Positions 10,001 through 19,362 of a stretch of 64,000 nt of DNA are shown here, one piece after another. The stretch's first letter is position 1, and each line of letters begins with the position of its first letter. Source of the DNA: an uncultured Prevotella sp. (GTDB taxonomy: Bacteria > Bacteroidota > Bacteroidia > Bacteroidales > Bacteroidaceae); the NCBI GenBank assembly GCA_964640675.1, contig CAZXFP010000001.1, positions 134,700 to 198,699 of the forward strand. The letters run 5' to 3'. A model generated the notes under the pieces. That model saw only the letters and a program-made list of their open reading frames with translations, was not told the origin of the DNA and did no database searches. The position numbers and the translations under genes are program-made.

Positions 10001-11559
10001 AATAAAGAAAGGGCATTCTGGCCTTGAAATTCGTAGCTCCAGTCGGGTTCTATAGCTTGACCGGCAATAATCGAAGCCGTGTTGGCAAAAGCTCCGGCGG
10101 CATCACCATTGACAGCTCTCACGGCATAGATGTAGTTGGAAAGCTGTGCCGTTGATACATTATCTACGTATGAGGTGCTGCTTATTCCCTTTGCAACCAG
10201 CGTGGAGTCCTTGTCTTTCAGCTGGTAGATGTCATAGGTGAGCGATGACAGAGCACCACCATTTACTCCAATTGTCGGCGCACTCCATGAGATGGTTACA
10301 ATTCCGTTTGAAACAGATGCTTTTAAGTTGCCTACAGGCTTTGGCGCTTCATAGCCCACCCATTTGCTGATTGACGATTTAGCCGATGTGCCGGAGTTAC
10401 TGGTAACTGTTACGTCAAAGTCATATTGCCCGCTGCGGGGGAGGGATACGTTTGCCTCAACGGCTTCGCCAGGCAGAGCTGTGGCGGTTGCCACTTTGGA
10501 ATTGTTGGCCGTTATGATATATGTCAGAGGATCACTGATCAATGCTCCTCCAACAGTGAGAGTAGGCATGGAGAACGAGACCTTGCCGGTCAGAGCTATG
10601 CCATCAAACTTCACGTTGAGATTGCTCACGGTGGCAGGTACATCGGCGGAAGTCGTGGCAGCGGCGAGGGTCATACCTACCATTGTCATGTTTGAATCGG
10701 CAATCTTTGTTGCTGCTCCTGTCGACAAGTCAACGGTATAGAGTGCTGTGTTGTAGTCACAGTCTTGCGCATACCAATAGAATGTGTTGTCCTTTTGGTC
10801 AATTTCTCCCGTCTGCTCATACGGTCCGCCCCAATCATCGGTAAGGGTCAGACCAGTGGCGCCTATAAGAGTTTCCGCTCCGTTTGTCTTGTCGATTTGG
10901 TACAAGTTGCCATCAGAGGCTATGCCGTAGAGCTGGTTGTCGCTCGTTATTCCCATTGCTACGTAGCGGCGCGATGTTTTTCCGAATGTAGTGCGAACTC
11001 TTGTGCGATAGTCAACAGTCCCCAGTTCATACTCGGTGTTGCTTGCCATCGCATTGTAGAACTCTCCATAAACGGTTCCATCGGTGGCTTGTGCGGTCTC
11101 CAGCGCAGCCAAATCAAAGCGATCGTAGCTTGTTCCGCTGCCTGTCCATGTAGAGAGGTCGTAATCGTAGAGTGTCAACTCACCGTAGCCAACGCCATAT
11201 CGCTGGAAATAAACTCCATACAGATGGCCATCGGCTATCTGTACGCCATTACGGGCAATATAGCTGTCGGTGTCTGTGAGCTTGGTAAGGGTCAGTGGAC
11301 TTGTGGGGTGAAAAGAGAAGTATCCAGTTTCACCACCGCCTTTAACATTGACCCACAGTGTTGTTGACGCATCAACAGGCTGAAGCCCCTTGGGTTGCTT
11401 TTTGCTGATTATTTTCCCTTTTGGCTGAATCTTTTGCAGCAATGGTAGCGATTGCCGCGTGCCAGGCTTTGACAGTGGCCGCGTGGTCTGCGCCATGCCC
11501 TTTGATGATGGCAACAAAGCCGATGCCAGCATCGTGATTACGATTAAAGTTTTCCTCAT
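7027..11559 (-). CDS. 1510-aa T9SS-secreted surface protein: beta-propeller-like N-region, FN3/Ig domains, cleaved-adhesin (choice-of-anchor J) domains, T9SS C-terminal sorting domain
   Basis: Signal peptide; VIDGNGDGNTW...DEWLVTPP and WTLVDGD...QDNWLISP adhesin motifs; C-terminal TGI...VYTVDGK...LKPGVYVINDKKYII. Confidence 0.85.
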   Translation of the reverse strand: MRKTLIVITMLASALLPSSKGMAQTTRPLSKPGTRQSLPLLQKIQPKGKIISKKQPKGLQPVDASTTLWVNVKGGGETGYFSFHPTSPLTLTKLTDTDSYIARNGVQIADGHLYGVYFQRYGVGYGELTLYDYDLSTWTGSGTSYDRFDLAALETAQATDGTVYGEFYNAMASNTEYELGTVDYRTRVRTTFGKTSRRYVAMGITSDNQLYGIASDGNLYQIDKTNGAETLIGATGLTLTDDWGGPYEQTGEIDQKDNTFYWYAQDCDYNTALYTVDLSTGAATKIADSNMTMVGMTLAAATTSADVPATVSNLNVKFDGIALTGKVSFSMPTLTVGGALISDPLTYIITANNSKVATATALPGEAVEANVSLPRSGQYDFDVTVTSNSGTSAKSSISKWVGYEAPKPVGNLKASVSNGIVTISWSAPTIGVNGGALSSLTYDIYQLKDKDSTLVAKGISSTSYVDNVSTAQLSNYIYAVRAVNGDAAGAFANTASIIAGQAIEPDWSYEFQGQNALSLFKVIDGNGDGNTWWCNGVAGYGAMSNQGRATETSDEWLVTPPVHLSSDRIYTIAFRVRNMMDSPRNTLEVKYGTEATPDGLKKTALGTFTPDYAETNGDWQVCHADIIPDAEGYFYFGFHDNTEAADKYQLAVDSITITKGGFSSAPDSVTNFSITAAEKGKLEATLKFTAATRTINGKAISTVEKFEILRDGILLATIPQTAGGSMATYTDYNVPTDGYHTYEVVPYLAGNPGRASSARAYIGFDSPTIPKGVTFADEGKSLKASWNAFEAKGIHGGYVDPEEISVSFYTLEESDYGYEVGDSLTTSTQGGTTASIPFDASITTMPDGKTQTLAYFTVRANNRIGHSDYTSVRGVVVGPSIALPFSESFRGGKLDNGFASLLGNDQYNSRFTAAAWQVVTDTSSDSDGGSLRWSAYSQDYYGSEVIYTIQPGDETSVNMPKVALRGVDNPRLSFDLYSVHNNEAHLQVLVQTPDGIDHKVADYDLTQTSANGWTNYQVDLTPYTDERYVIVKFNGVAIGSNINIGIDNIDILDQVEHNMTVKDITTPESVIAGKSGKVVAKVRNLGALQENRYSVVLYANNEACDTIVTEKLLQSMEIDSVELTLPVRINETAEVLNVKAEVVLDSDVLDEDNISVSKEVKVVQSPYGRINDLHAEATDGGRASLSWGNPVLPNPETVTDGFESYSPFSKQLGLWTLVDGDKGYIGALQPSSTYPGQGEPAAFIAFNPDWWIEDMTWVNPGLSPNNGGQYAAAIYALDGNNKLVNQDNWLISPKLSGRQQVVSFYVMNIAAADGDASYTENFDVLYSTTDTDTTSFVKLESNKADGTFGFSTGANWKHISVELPEGARYFAIHHNTLGRNSYIFGVDDVNYEQLATGADDNITKYIVYCDGKAVGSVDGNSHSFVYDNAEGDHTYNVTVLYTAADGTVNESGFSNDASLTVTGIQGVVANAKGKYNVYTVDGKAIMIDAKSLKGLKPGVYVINDKKYIIE

Positions 11560-11924
11560 AAAAACAAATAGCGATAATGTTAATAATAAACCGTTCTGGT
11601 TCTTGGTTGAAGAGAATGATTTCGCTGGTAAATTTACTTATAATAATCTGAAAACTTATTGAGGGCTCTGAGTTTTTAATATTTTTTATCTAATAAATGT
11701 TTCTTGTCGTAGTCAACAGCGTGGGACATTCTTCTAATGCGGCAGTTTGTTAGCTGCGGTTGTCAGTGCCTGTGTTTCATCGAACTCGTCTTATGTTATG
11801 TGAATTTAACCAAATGGTTGGGCTTGTTCGAAAGTGGATGGTTTAAATGTACTTAATTTTGAAGCAAGATTTTGCGGAGTAGAAACAAAACGCTTACTTT
11901 TGCTGAAAAATAGATGTGCGCAGA

Positions 11925-12392
11925 ATGAACAGAGTGCTGCTTCTTGTAATCGTATGTTGTGTCTTCCCACGTGTTGTAGCTCAGCGTAGGGGTGTTGTTA
12001 TTAATATGGAGACGGGCGTTCCCATGCGTGATGTGTTGGTGATGACCAATATGGGTGAACAGGTGAAGACCAATTATCTTGGGCAGTATCAACTCATGCG
12101 CCCTTTTCGCAGTCTTACGCTGACGCATTCGGGGTTCGTCTCTCTGTCTATGGAGCGGTCGCAGCTGACGGATACGGTGGCATTGCTTCCCAAGTTTAAC
12201 ACTCTCGATGAGGTGGAGGTGTGGGGAAAGTCGCGGCAGATAGACAAGAATGCGGTGAAACCAGCTCCGGGCTATCCCATGCTTAATGCTCCAGCGGCAG
12301 GAGTCTCTTTTGATTTCTTCCAACTGTTCGTGCGTCAGAGGTTGAGTGGTAAGCAACGGAAAAAGCATAAGTGGATCATTGAAAATTATTGA
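11925..12392 (+). CDS. Secreted hypothetical protein with carboxypeptidase-regulatory-like Ig domain
   Basis: Signal peptide; GVVINMETGVPM..V.V...TNYLGQY...LDEVEV; TACTTTTG promoter at 11895. Confidence 0.7.
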   Translation: MNRVLLLVIVCCVFPRVVAQRRGVVINMETGVPMRDVLVMTNMGEQVKTNYLGQYQLMRPFRSLTLTHSGFVSLSMERSQLTDTVALLPKFNTLDEVEVWGKSRQIDKNAVKPAPGYPMLNAPAAGVSFDFFQLFVRQRLSGKQRKKHKWIIENY

Positions 12393-12509
12393 AGTGTTTG
12401 CCATCGTAGGCGAAAAAACAAGAAGGTGGTGATTTTTCCGTTATTTGCCACCTTTCTTTTTGAAGAAAAATGCTTAACTTTGCCGAACATCAGAACTTAG
12501 AAAGAGAAA

Positions 12510-13250
12510 ATGCTAATCGACTATCAAAAGGCGAATATATATCAGGATGAGAAACTCGTCCTGAAAGAGGTTGATTTCCAAGTGGAAGAGGGTGAGTTTA
12601 TTTATATTATCGGCCGTGTAGGGTCGGGTAAAAGCTCATTATTGAAGACCGTTTATTGTGAATTAGACATTGATCCATCGGATGCCCTCCGTGCCAATGT
12701 GCTTGGCGAGAGCCTTTTGGGCATACGTCGCAGTCGTGTTCCGGCTTTGCGGAAGCAGATGGGTGTTATTTTCCAAGACTTCCAGTTGCTTCACGATCGC
12801 ACGGTATACCGCAATCTGTATTTTGTTCTGAAAGCCACGGGATGGACAGAGCGGGAGAATATCGACCGCCGAATTGATGATGTGCTGGCCGAGGTGGGCA
12901 TGAGCGACAAGCGTGACAAGATGCCCAGCGAGCTTTCGGGCGGTGAGCAGCAGCGTATAGCCATAGCGCGTGCCCTGCTGAACAAGCCTAAAATGATTAT
13001 TGCCGATGAGCCTACGGGCAATCTCGACCCGGAAACGGCGGCCAGCATTGTGTCGCTGTTGCAGAAAGCGAGCCGTGAGGGCACGGCCGTGATCATGTCC
13101 ACTCATAATATTCACCTCATCGATCAGTTCCCAGGCAAGGTGTATCGCTGCAAGCAAAAGGCGTTCAGCCTTATTGATGATGGCGAGCGGCAGAGAGAAA
13201 TGGCTGAGGAGGACGCCGAGGCGCAAGATTTGGCCAACCGTAATCATTAA
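12510..13250 (+). CDS. ftsE: FtsE-like ABC ATP-binding protein
   Basis: GRVGSGKS, GVIFQDFQLL, LSGGEQQRIAIARALLN, ADEPTGNLDP. Confidence 0.85.
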   Translation: MLIDYQKANIYQDEKLVLKEVDFQVEEGEFIYIIGRVGSGKSSLLKTVYCELDIDPSDALRANVLGESLLGIRRSRVPALRKQMGVIFQDFQLLHDRTVYRNLYFVLKATGWTERENIDRRIDDVLAEVGMSDKRDKMPSELSGGEQQRIAIARALLNKPKMIIADEPTGNLDPETAASIVSLLQKASREGTAVIMSTHNIHLIDQFPGKVYRCKQKAFSLIDDGERQREMAEEDAEAQDLANRNH

Positions 13251-13265
13251 AATAGGGAGGAGAAA

Positions 13266-14591
13266 ATGATAGTAAGGAAGTTTGGCGGTACATCTGTTGG
13301 AACGCCCGACAGAATGAAGTCGGTGGCAAATTTGGTTACTCGTGATGGAGACCCTACGTTTGTGGTTCTTTCCGCTATGAGTGGCACGACCAATTCGCTA
13401 GTTGAAATATCGGGATACTTGTATAAGAAGAATCCGGAAAGTGCCAATGAGGTGATCAATGGCTTGGAAAGGAAGTATATGGAGCACGTAGAAGTGCTTT
13501 ATGAGACGGAGGAAATCAAGCAGCGCACGCGGGTATTCTTGAAAGAAGAGTTTGCCTTTTTGCGGTCTTTCACCAAGGAGCTTTTCACCAGCTTTGAGGA
13601 GAAGCAGGTGGTGGCGCAGGGCGAGGTGCTCAGTACTACCATGATGGCCAATTATATGGAGGAGAAAGGCGTGAAAGTGTCTTTGCTCTCCGCGCTTGAT
13701 TTCATGCGCACGGACAAGAATGGAGAGCCTGACGCGCGGTATATTTGCGAGCATTTGGCCGCAATCTTGAAGGAGCAGCCCGACAGTGAGGTTTATCTCA
13801 CGCAGGGCTTTATTTGCCGCAACGCCTTTGGCGAGGTGGACAACCTTCAGCGGGGAGGCAGTGACTATACGGCTTCTCTCATTGGTGTGGCATTGGATGC
13901 GGATGAAATACAGATATGGACGGACATTGATGGAATCCATAACAATGATCCGCGTGTGGTGGATCATACCGAGGCTGTGCGACAGCTCAATTTTGAGGAG
14001 GCTTCGGAGTTGGCTTATTTCGGTGCAAAGATACTTCATCCCACCTGTGTGCAGCCTGCGAAGTATGCAGGAATTCCTGTGCGCTTGAAGAATACAATAG
14101 AACCGGATGCAGAAGGGACGATAATCAATAATGAACTGGTACGTGGTAAACTCAAGGCCGTAGCCGCCAAGGACAATATCGTTGCCATAAAGGTTAAGTC
14201 GAGTCGTATGCTGGGCGCGTCGGGTTTCTTGCGCAAGGTGTTTGAGGTGTTTGAGAGTTATCAAACATCCATTGACATGATTGCGACAAGCGAGGTTGGA
14301 GTTTCAATGACCATTGATAATGCTGCCCATTTGGCCGAGATTGTGAGTGAGTTGAAGAACTATGGCACAGTTACGGTCGATGAAGGTATGTGCATTATAT
14401 GCGTTGTGGGCGACTTGGATTGGAATAATCTTGGCTTTGAGGACCTGGCCATTGATGCCTTGAAGAATGTTCCGGTGCGTATGATTTGCTATGGTGGCAG
14501 CAATTATAATATCTCTTTCCTCATTCGCGGGGAAGATAAGCAACGTGCGTTGCAAAGTCTGAGCGACAGGCTGTTCGCGTGTGAGGGTTAA
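13266..14591 (+). CDS. lysC: Aspartate kinase
   Basis: KFGGTSVG, VVLSAMSGTTN, RGGSDYTA, WTDIDG, FGAKILHP, C-terminal ACT domains. Confidence 0.95.
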   Translation: MIVRKFGGTSVGTPDRMKSVANLVTRDGDPTFVVLSAMSGTTNSLVEISGYLYKKNPESANEVINGLERKYMEHVEVLYETEEIKQRTRVFLKEEFAFLRSFTKELFTSFEEKQVVAQGEVLSTTMMANYMEEKGVKVSLLSALDFMRTDKNGEPDARYICEHLAAILKEQPDSEVYLTQGFICRNAFGEVDNLQRGGSDYTASLIGVALDADEIQIWTDIDGIHNNDPRVVDHTEAVRQLNFEEASELAYFGAKILHPTCVQPAKYAGIPVRLKNTIEPDAEGTIINNELVRGKLKAVAAKDNIVAIKVKSSRMLGASGFLRKVFEVFESYQTSIDMIATSEVGVSMTIDNAAHLAEIVSELKNYGTVTVDEGMCIICVVGDLDWNNLGFEDLAIDALKNVPVRMICYGGSNYNISFLIRGEDKQRALQSLSDRLFACEG

Positions 14592-14611
14592 AGCATTGAG
14601 TCTGACAGAAG

Positions 14612-15838
14612 ATGAGTGTTGTCATTGACAATATAACAATAGTGTTTGGCATTGTCATGGTGGTGCTTTTTATAGTCGCCACGTTGACGGATGTTTTTCT
14701 GCGCAAGCCCGTTGTGAATGAAAATCCCGGCCTTGGGAATTCGGGCGATGGCGCGTTGGAGGATGAAGGCGATGCTGCGGAGACGCAAAGCATTGAGATG
14801 GCGGATAGGGCGGAGGATCTACCGCCCGTGAGCATAATCATAACCCCCCACGACAATGCCATGGAACTGGAACAGAATCTTCCCGCTTTCTTGGAGCAGG
14901 ATTATCCGGCTCCGTTCAAAGTTATCGTTGTGTTTTGGAAAGGGGAGTCTGATACGGATGATGTACTGAAGAAGTATGCATCCAATCCGCATCTCTATTC
15001 CACTTATATTCCCGAATCTTCCCGCTATATGAGCAGGAAGAAACTTGCGATAACCGTTGGTGAGAAAGCGGCGGAGACAGAATGGCTGCTCATAACCGAC
15101 ATAACGTGCCGTCCGCAAAGCAACCAATGGTTGCGGGCGATGGCGCGTCATGCGGGCAAAGAGGTTAATTTGGTGTTGGGACACACCCGTTATGATGACG
15201 ATACGTCATCTTTTCGCCGTTTTGCCCGCTCTTATGCAAGCCTTTATCTTATGCATGAGATGCATCGGGGCACCGCTTATCGTTGTGAGGGCAATGCCTT
15301 GATGTTCCGCCGGTCGGAATTTGAGCGTCAGGATGGTTTCAGAAGTAATCTGAAATACTTGCGCGGAGAGTATGATTTCATAGTCAATGATTATGCCCGA
15401 CGCGACAAAGGCTCTGCAATAATGGAGAATTCTCCCGAGGGCGTGTTGGTGGAGCAGTGTCCAACGGATAAGGAGTGGCGCAATAAGCAGCTCTATTATC
15501 TTGAAGACCGTCGCCATATGCTTCGCTCTGCGGCTCATCGTTGGCGGCATAACGTAGGACAAGTGGCCTTGCATGCCAGTTTCTTGGCGATGTTGCTGGC
15601 TTTGGCGTATGGCATAATGACCCAGCGGTGGGTGCTTGTTGCTTTGGCGGGATGTTTAATCTTGTCCACGGTGCTTCTGCGGTCGTGGTTGGGGCATCGG
15701 GCATTGGCTTGTTTGGGTGAGGCATTACCCGCTTGGCGCATCTTCCCCTATGAATTGTGGCTGCTATGGCACAACCTTGGCTTCAAGATACGCTATTGGC
15801 GTTCCAATAAAGATGATTTTATAACCCATAAGATTTGA
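14612..15838 (+). CDS. Membrane glycosyltransferase family 2
   Basis: PPVSIII, LEQDYP, SRKKLAIT, LLITD; N- and C-terminal TM helices. Confidence 0.85.
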   Translation: MSVVIDNITIVFGIVMVVLFIVATLTDVFLRKPVVNENPGLGNSGDGALEDEGDAAETQSIEMADRAEDLPPVSIIITPHDNAMELEQNLPAFLEQDYPAPFKVIVVFWKGESDTDDVLKKYASNPHLYSTYIPESSRYMSRKKLAITVGEKAAETEWLLITDITCRPQSNQWLRAMARHAGKEVNLVLGHTRYDDDTSSFRRFARSYASLYLMHEMHRGTAYRCEGNALMFRRSEFERQDGFRSNLKYLRGEYDFIVNDYARRDKGSAIMENSPEGVLVEQCPTDKEWRNKQLYYLEDRRHMLRSAAHRWRHNVGQVALHASFLAMLLALAYGIMTQRWVLVALAGCLILSTVLLRSWLGHRALACLGEALPAWRIFPYELWLLWHNLGFKIRYWRSNKDDFITHKI

Positions 15839-16980
15839 TGCGTGTCCTGCATTATATTAACAATGTGAGGAAGGGAGATTTGCTCTCTGGCTATCTCTCC
15901 ACGCTTGCTACCGCCCAAAGTCGCTTGGGCGCGGTTGTCTCTGTGGTTACCCGACGAGACAATTTCAAAGCCAAATTGAAGGAGTTTCGCCCAGACGTAG
16001 TCCATATACATTCCATGTGGAATTTTCATGTGGCGATAATTGCGCGACAGTCTTTGCGCAAAAACTGTGGCGTGGTGCTTTCTCCGCATGGACAATTGGA
16101 TGCTTTCCGTTGCCGTTATGAGCATCGATGGGGCAAGATGCAGAAGAAATGGGCTTACCAGCGCAGGATGGTGGCTCGCGTTGATGCGTTGATGGCCACT
16201 TCAGATGGGGAGGCTGACAGGCTGCGCCAGCTGTCATGGAACGATCACATAGATGTTGTGCCAAACAGTTTGCTTACTTCGAGGATTGCGTCTGCGGATA
16301 TGGCGGCTTTGTCTCTTCGGCTTTACAGAAAGGTAATCGACACGCGCTATCTCCACTACATGACTGCTGTGGAGCACGAGGCTGTGGGCGTGTTGCTTCA
16401 TACGGCAATCGACACAACTCCGGATGGATACCTTCCTAAGGAGAAAATGAAGGTGTTCCATGGCTTGGATGCTGCTGCTTGGCGGCGTATGTTCTTGTGT
16501 GCGGCAGATGAGGGCGTGCTTCCACTTGTTAAAGATGCAATTGAAAAGCTCGCGCTCAACATTACTCCCGTCGATACGGCTGCCATAGCCCGTTATCCCT
16601 CCAAGCATCCTAAGTTCGAAGGGGCTTTGCCTTCCGACAAATTGCTCACGGATAGCGATTTGAAGAAAGAAAAATGGAGAGAGGTGCTTGAGAAGGAGGA
16701 AGCCGAATTGTGCAGTGTGGTCACGCTTCTTCTCAACTCCCGTATCTTACAGCGAAAAGGCGACCTTTCCATGCGTCATCTTTGTGACCTTTATGCGGCC
16801 ATAAAGTATCGGGATTATGACGAAGACCGTTTGCGTTATTTGCTGTCCCGTTTCTCTGCCGTGGAATATGCGCGGAGTGTTATTGCCGCATTAGGCGGCC
16901 GGTTGATGCTCGGTGAGGGCTTCATGCCGCTGCCTCCCAAGCATGACCATCGTGCCAGCTCTATGATGAAAACCACCTAA
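15838..16980 (+). CDS. GT4 N-terminal-like domain fused to an unrelated helical C-terminal region
   Basis: MRVLHY, FRPDVVHIHSMW, VVLSPHG, VVPN; no canonical GT4 EX7E C-domain seen; TGATG overlap with the GT2 gene. Confidence 0.7.
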   Translation: MRVLHYINNVRKGDLLSGYLSTLATAQSRLGAVVSVVTRRDNFKAKLKEFRPDVVHIHSMWNFHVAIIARQSLRKNCGVVLSPHGQLDAFRCRYEHRWGKMQKKWAYQRRMVARVDALMATSDGEADRLRQLSWNDHIDVVPNSLLTSRIASADMAALSLRLYRKVIDTRYLHYMTAVEHEAVGVLLHTAIDTTPDGYLPKEKMKVFHGLDAAAWRRMFLCAADEGVLPLVKDAIEKLALNITPVDTAAIARYPSKHPKFEGALPSDKLLTDSDLKKEKWREVLEKEEAELCSVVTLLLNSRILQRKGDLSMRHLCDLYAAIKYRDYDEDRLRYLLSRFSAVEYARSVIAALGGRLMLGEGFMPLPPKHDHRASSMMKTT

Positions 16981-16991
16981 ACCAATCAATT

Positions 16992-19001
16992 ATGGAAACT
17001 AATAAACCAGTTTACGACCTTTGCGGCGACCGCCGCTACTTGGAATTGCTTGCCAAGCAGTTTCCCACCATCGCCGATGCGAGTACGGAAATCATCAATT
17101 TGGAGGCGATTCTCAATCTCCCTAAGGGCACAGAGCACTTCCTTGCCGACATTCATGGCGAGAACGAAGCGTTTCAACACGTGCTGAAGAATGCTTCTGG
17201 CAATATCCGCCGCAAGTTGAATGATCTTTTTTCTGACACGTTGCGCGATTACGAAATTCGCAATCTGTGTACGCTAATCTATTACCCGGATCGCAAACTC
17301 CGCTTGGTCAAGCAGGAGGAGAAGAACATAGACAATTGGTATCGCATCACTATTCACCGGCTTGTTGTTGTTTGCCGCGATGTGTCGAGCAAATACACGC
17401 GCTCGAAAGTGAGAAAAGCATTGCCCACAGACTTCTCTTACATCATTCAGGAACTGCTCCACGAGCATGCCGATGACAAGGACAAGACCGACTATGTAGG
17501 CTCGATTATCTCCACGATTATAGAAATAGGCCGTGCCGACCAGTTTATTATTGCCATTTGCAATGTGATTCAGCGTCTTGTTATCGACCAGCTCCATATT
17601 CTTGGCGATGTTTACGATCGTGGCCCGGGTGCGCACACCGTTATAGACATTCTTTCTGGCTATCATGACTGGGACATCACATGGGGCAATCATGATGTTC
17701 TGTGGATGGGTGCTTGTGCCGGCAATGATGTTTGCATATGTAATGTTATACGAATCGCCTTGCGTTATGACAATATGCTCACCTTGGAGGATGGCTACGG
17801 AATCAATTTGGTTAATTTGGCCACCTTTGCGATGGACGTTTATGGCAACGATCCTTGTCAGGAGTTTTTGCCCAAGGTGTCGAAAGACGTGGCTATTGAT
17901 GACAAGAGCCGCCTTCTGATTGCGCGAATGCACAAGGCCATCAGCGTGATACAGTTCAAATTAGAGGCACAACTCATAGACAAGTACCCGTTGTGGAAAA
18001 TGGAAAACCGCAAGCTGCTTGAGGCCATAGACTATAAGAACGGCACGTGTAAGGTGGATGGCAAGGCCTATAAGATGATTTCATGCCACTTCCCGACCAT
18101 AGACCCGGAACATCCCAACAAGCTAACGCCCGAGGAACAGCAGCTGGTGGCCAAGCTTCACCACTCGTTTGTTATCAGCGAAAAGCTCCATCGCCATATC
18201 CGCATCATGTTGCGTCATGGCTGTATGTTCAAGAAAATCAATGGCAACCTGCTTTATCATGCCTCCATTCCGCTCAATGCAGACGGTACGTTCAAGGAGG
18301 TGGAGGTATCGCCGGGCAAACGTTATTCCGGCCGCGCTTTGCTCTATCATACGGGAATGCTTATTCGTGCGGCTTTCCAGCAAGACTATGAGTCTCAAAG
18401 CCGACAGGAGGCCATTGACTATTTCTGTTATCTGTGGTGTGGCCCCGACAGTCCACTTTTTGATAAGGCAAAGATGGCCACCTTTGAGCGTTACTTCCTC
18501 ACGGAGAAAGAAACGCACAAGGAAAAGAAAGGACACTACTATGAGTTGCGTGACGATGAGAAGACCGCCGACCGCATTCTCGATGAGTTTGAAGTGAAGG
18601 GGGCTAACCGTCATATCATCAATGGTCATGTTCCCGTACACGTCTCCAAGGGCGAAAGCCCCATAAAGGCCAATGGCAAGTTGATGGTGATAGACGGCGG
18701 CTTTGCGCAAGCCTATCACAAGGAGACGGGTATTGCCGGGTATACGCTCGTGTTCCATAGTCGTGGATTCCAGCTTGTGCAGCATGATCCGTTCACCTCT
18801 ACCGAGGATGCCATCAAGAGAGGTGCCGACATTCGTGGCACAACGCAGATTGTGGAAATGAACTCTCGTCGTCTGCGCGTTGCTGATACGGACAAGGGTG
18901 AGGAATTGCGCAAGCAAATTTCTGATTTGCAGGAGTTACTTTATGCGTATAGGCATGGATTCCTTACGGAGGGCGACAAGCGCAATCCGCCTAAGCTGTA
19001 A
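16992..19001 (+). CDS. fbp: Fructose-1,6-bisphosphatase class III
   Basis: EIINLEAILNLPKGTEHFLADIHGE, GDVYDRGP, WGNHD, NGHVPV, IDGGF. Confidence 0.96.
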   Translation: METNKPVYDLCGDRRYLELLAKQFPTIADASTEIINLEAILNLPKGTEHFLADIHGENEAFQHVLKNASGNIRRKLNDLFSDTLRDYEIRNLCTLIYYPDRKLRLVKQEEKNIDNWYRITIHRLVVVCRDVSSKYTRSKVRKALPTDFSYIIQELLHEHADDKDKTDYVGSIISTIIEIGRADQFIIAICNVIQRLVIDQLHILGDVYDRGPGAHTVIDILSGYHDWDITWGNHDVLWMGACAGNDVCICNVIRIALRYDNMLTLEDGYGINLVNLATFAMDVYGNDPCQEFLPKVSKDVAIDDKSRLLIARMHKAISVIQFKLEAQLIDKYPLWKMENRKLLEAIDYKNGTCKVDGKAYKMISCHFPTIDPEHPNKLTPEEQQLVAKLHHSFVISEKLHRHIRIMLRHGCMFKKINGNLLYHASIPLNADGTFKEVEVSPGKRYSGRALLYHTGMLIRAAFQQDYESQSRQEAIDYFCYLWCGPDSPLFDKAKMATFERYFLTEKETHKEKKGHYYELRDDEKTADRILDEFEVKGANRHIINGHVPVHVSKGESPIKANGKLMVIDGGFAQAYHKETGIAGYTLVFHSRGFQLVQHDPFTSTEDAIKRGADIRGTTQIVEMNSRRLRVADTDKGEELRKQISDLQELLYAYRHGFLTEGDKRNPPKL

Positions 19002-19120
19002 AGCGTTTTTTCAAGATTAAATAAAAGCTATAATGGCTTGAGCAGTCACAGGACGGGGTAGGGCTGTGTTTTCTCCTCGTTTTATAATGTGTTGCTGCTC
19101 AAGTCATTATTGTTCTTGCA

Positions 19121-19208
19121 ACAAAGCCATACCTTTTGCCGTGTCAAACGTGACGTTTTGGGCGGTCAAACGTATGGTTTTGCAGCCCGAAAGCATACGT
19201 TTTGTTTT
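19121..19208. repeat. 4x22-bp element, copy 2
   Basis: acaaagccataccttttgccgt / gtcaaacgtgacgttttgggcg / gtcaaacgtatggttttgcagc / ccgaaagcatacgttttgtttt; between convergent genes. Confidence 0.85.
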
Positions 19209-19235
19209 GAGGCAAGGAATGCTTTGGCCATAAAA

Positions 19236-19276
19236 AAGCATATCGGACTCTCTTTTTTAGAAAATCCGATATGCTT
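19236..19276. terminator. Hairpin, probable terminator
   Basis: aagcatatcgga...tccgatatgctt, preceded by an A-run (U-tail on the minus strand). Confidence 0.6.
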
Positions 19277-19315
19277 GGTGCTTCCTTTAAGGAAACTTAG
19301 AGTAGTATTGAAGAG

Positions 19316-19351
19316 TTATCCCTTTGCGCCTTTTGGCGCGATAAGGGATGG
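19316..19351 (-). terminator. Hairpin just after the lipoprotein stop codon
   Basis: atccctttgcgcc tttt ggcgcgataagggat. Confidence 0.55.
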
Positions 19352-19362
19352 TTCTCTGCTTG

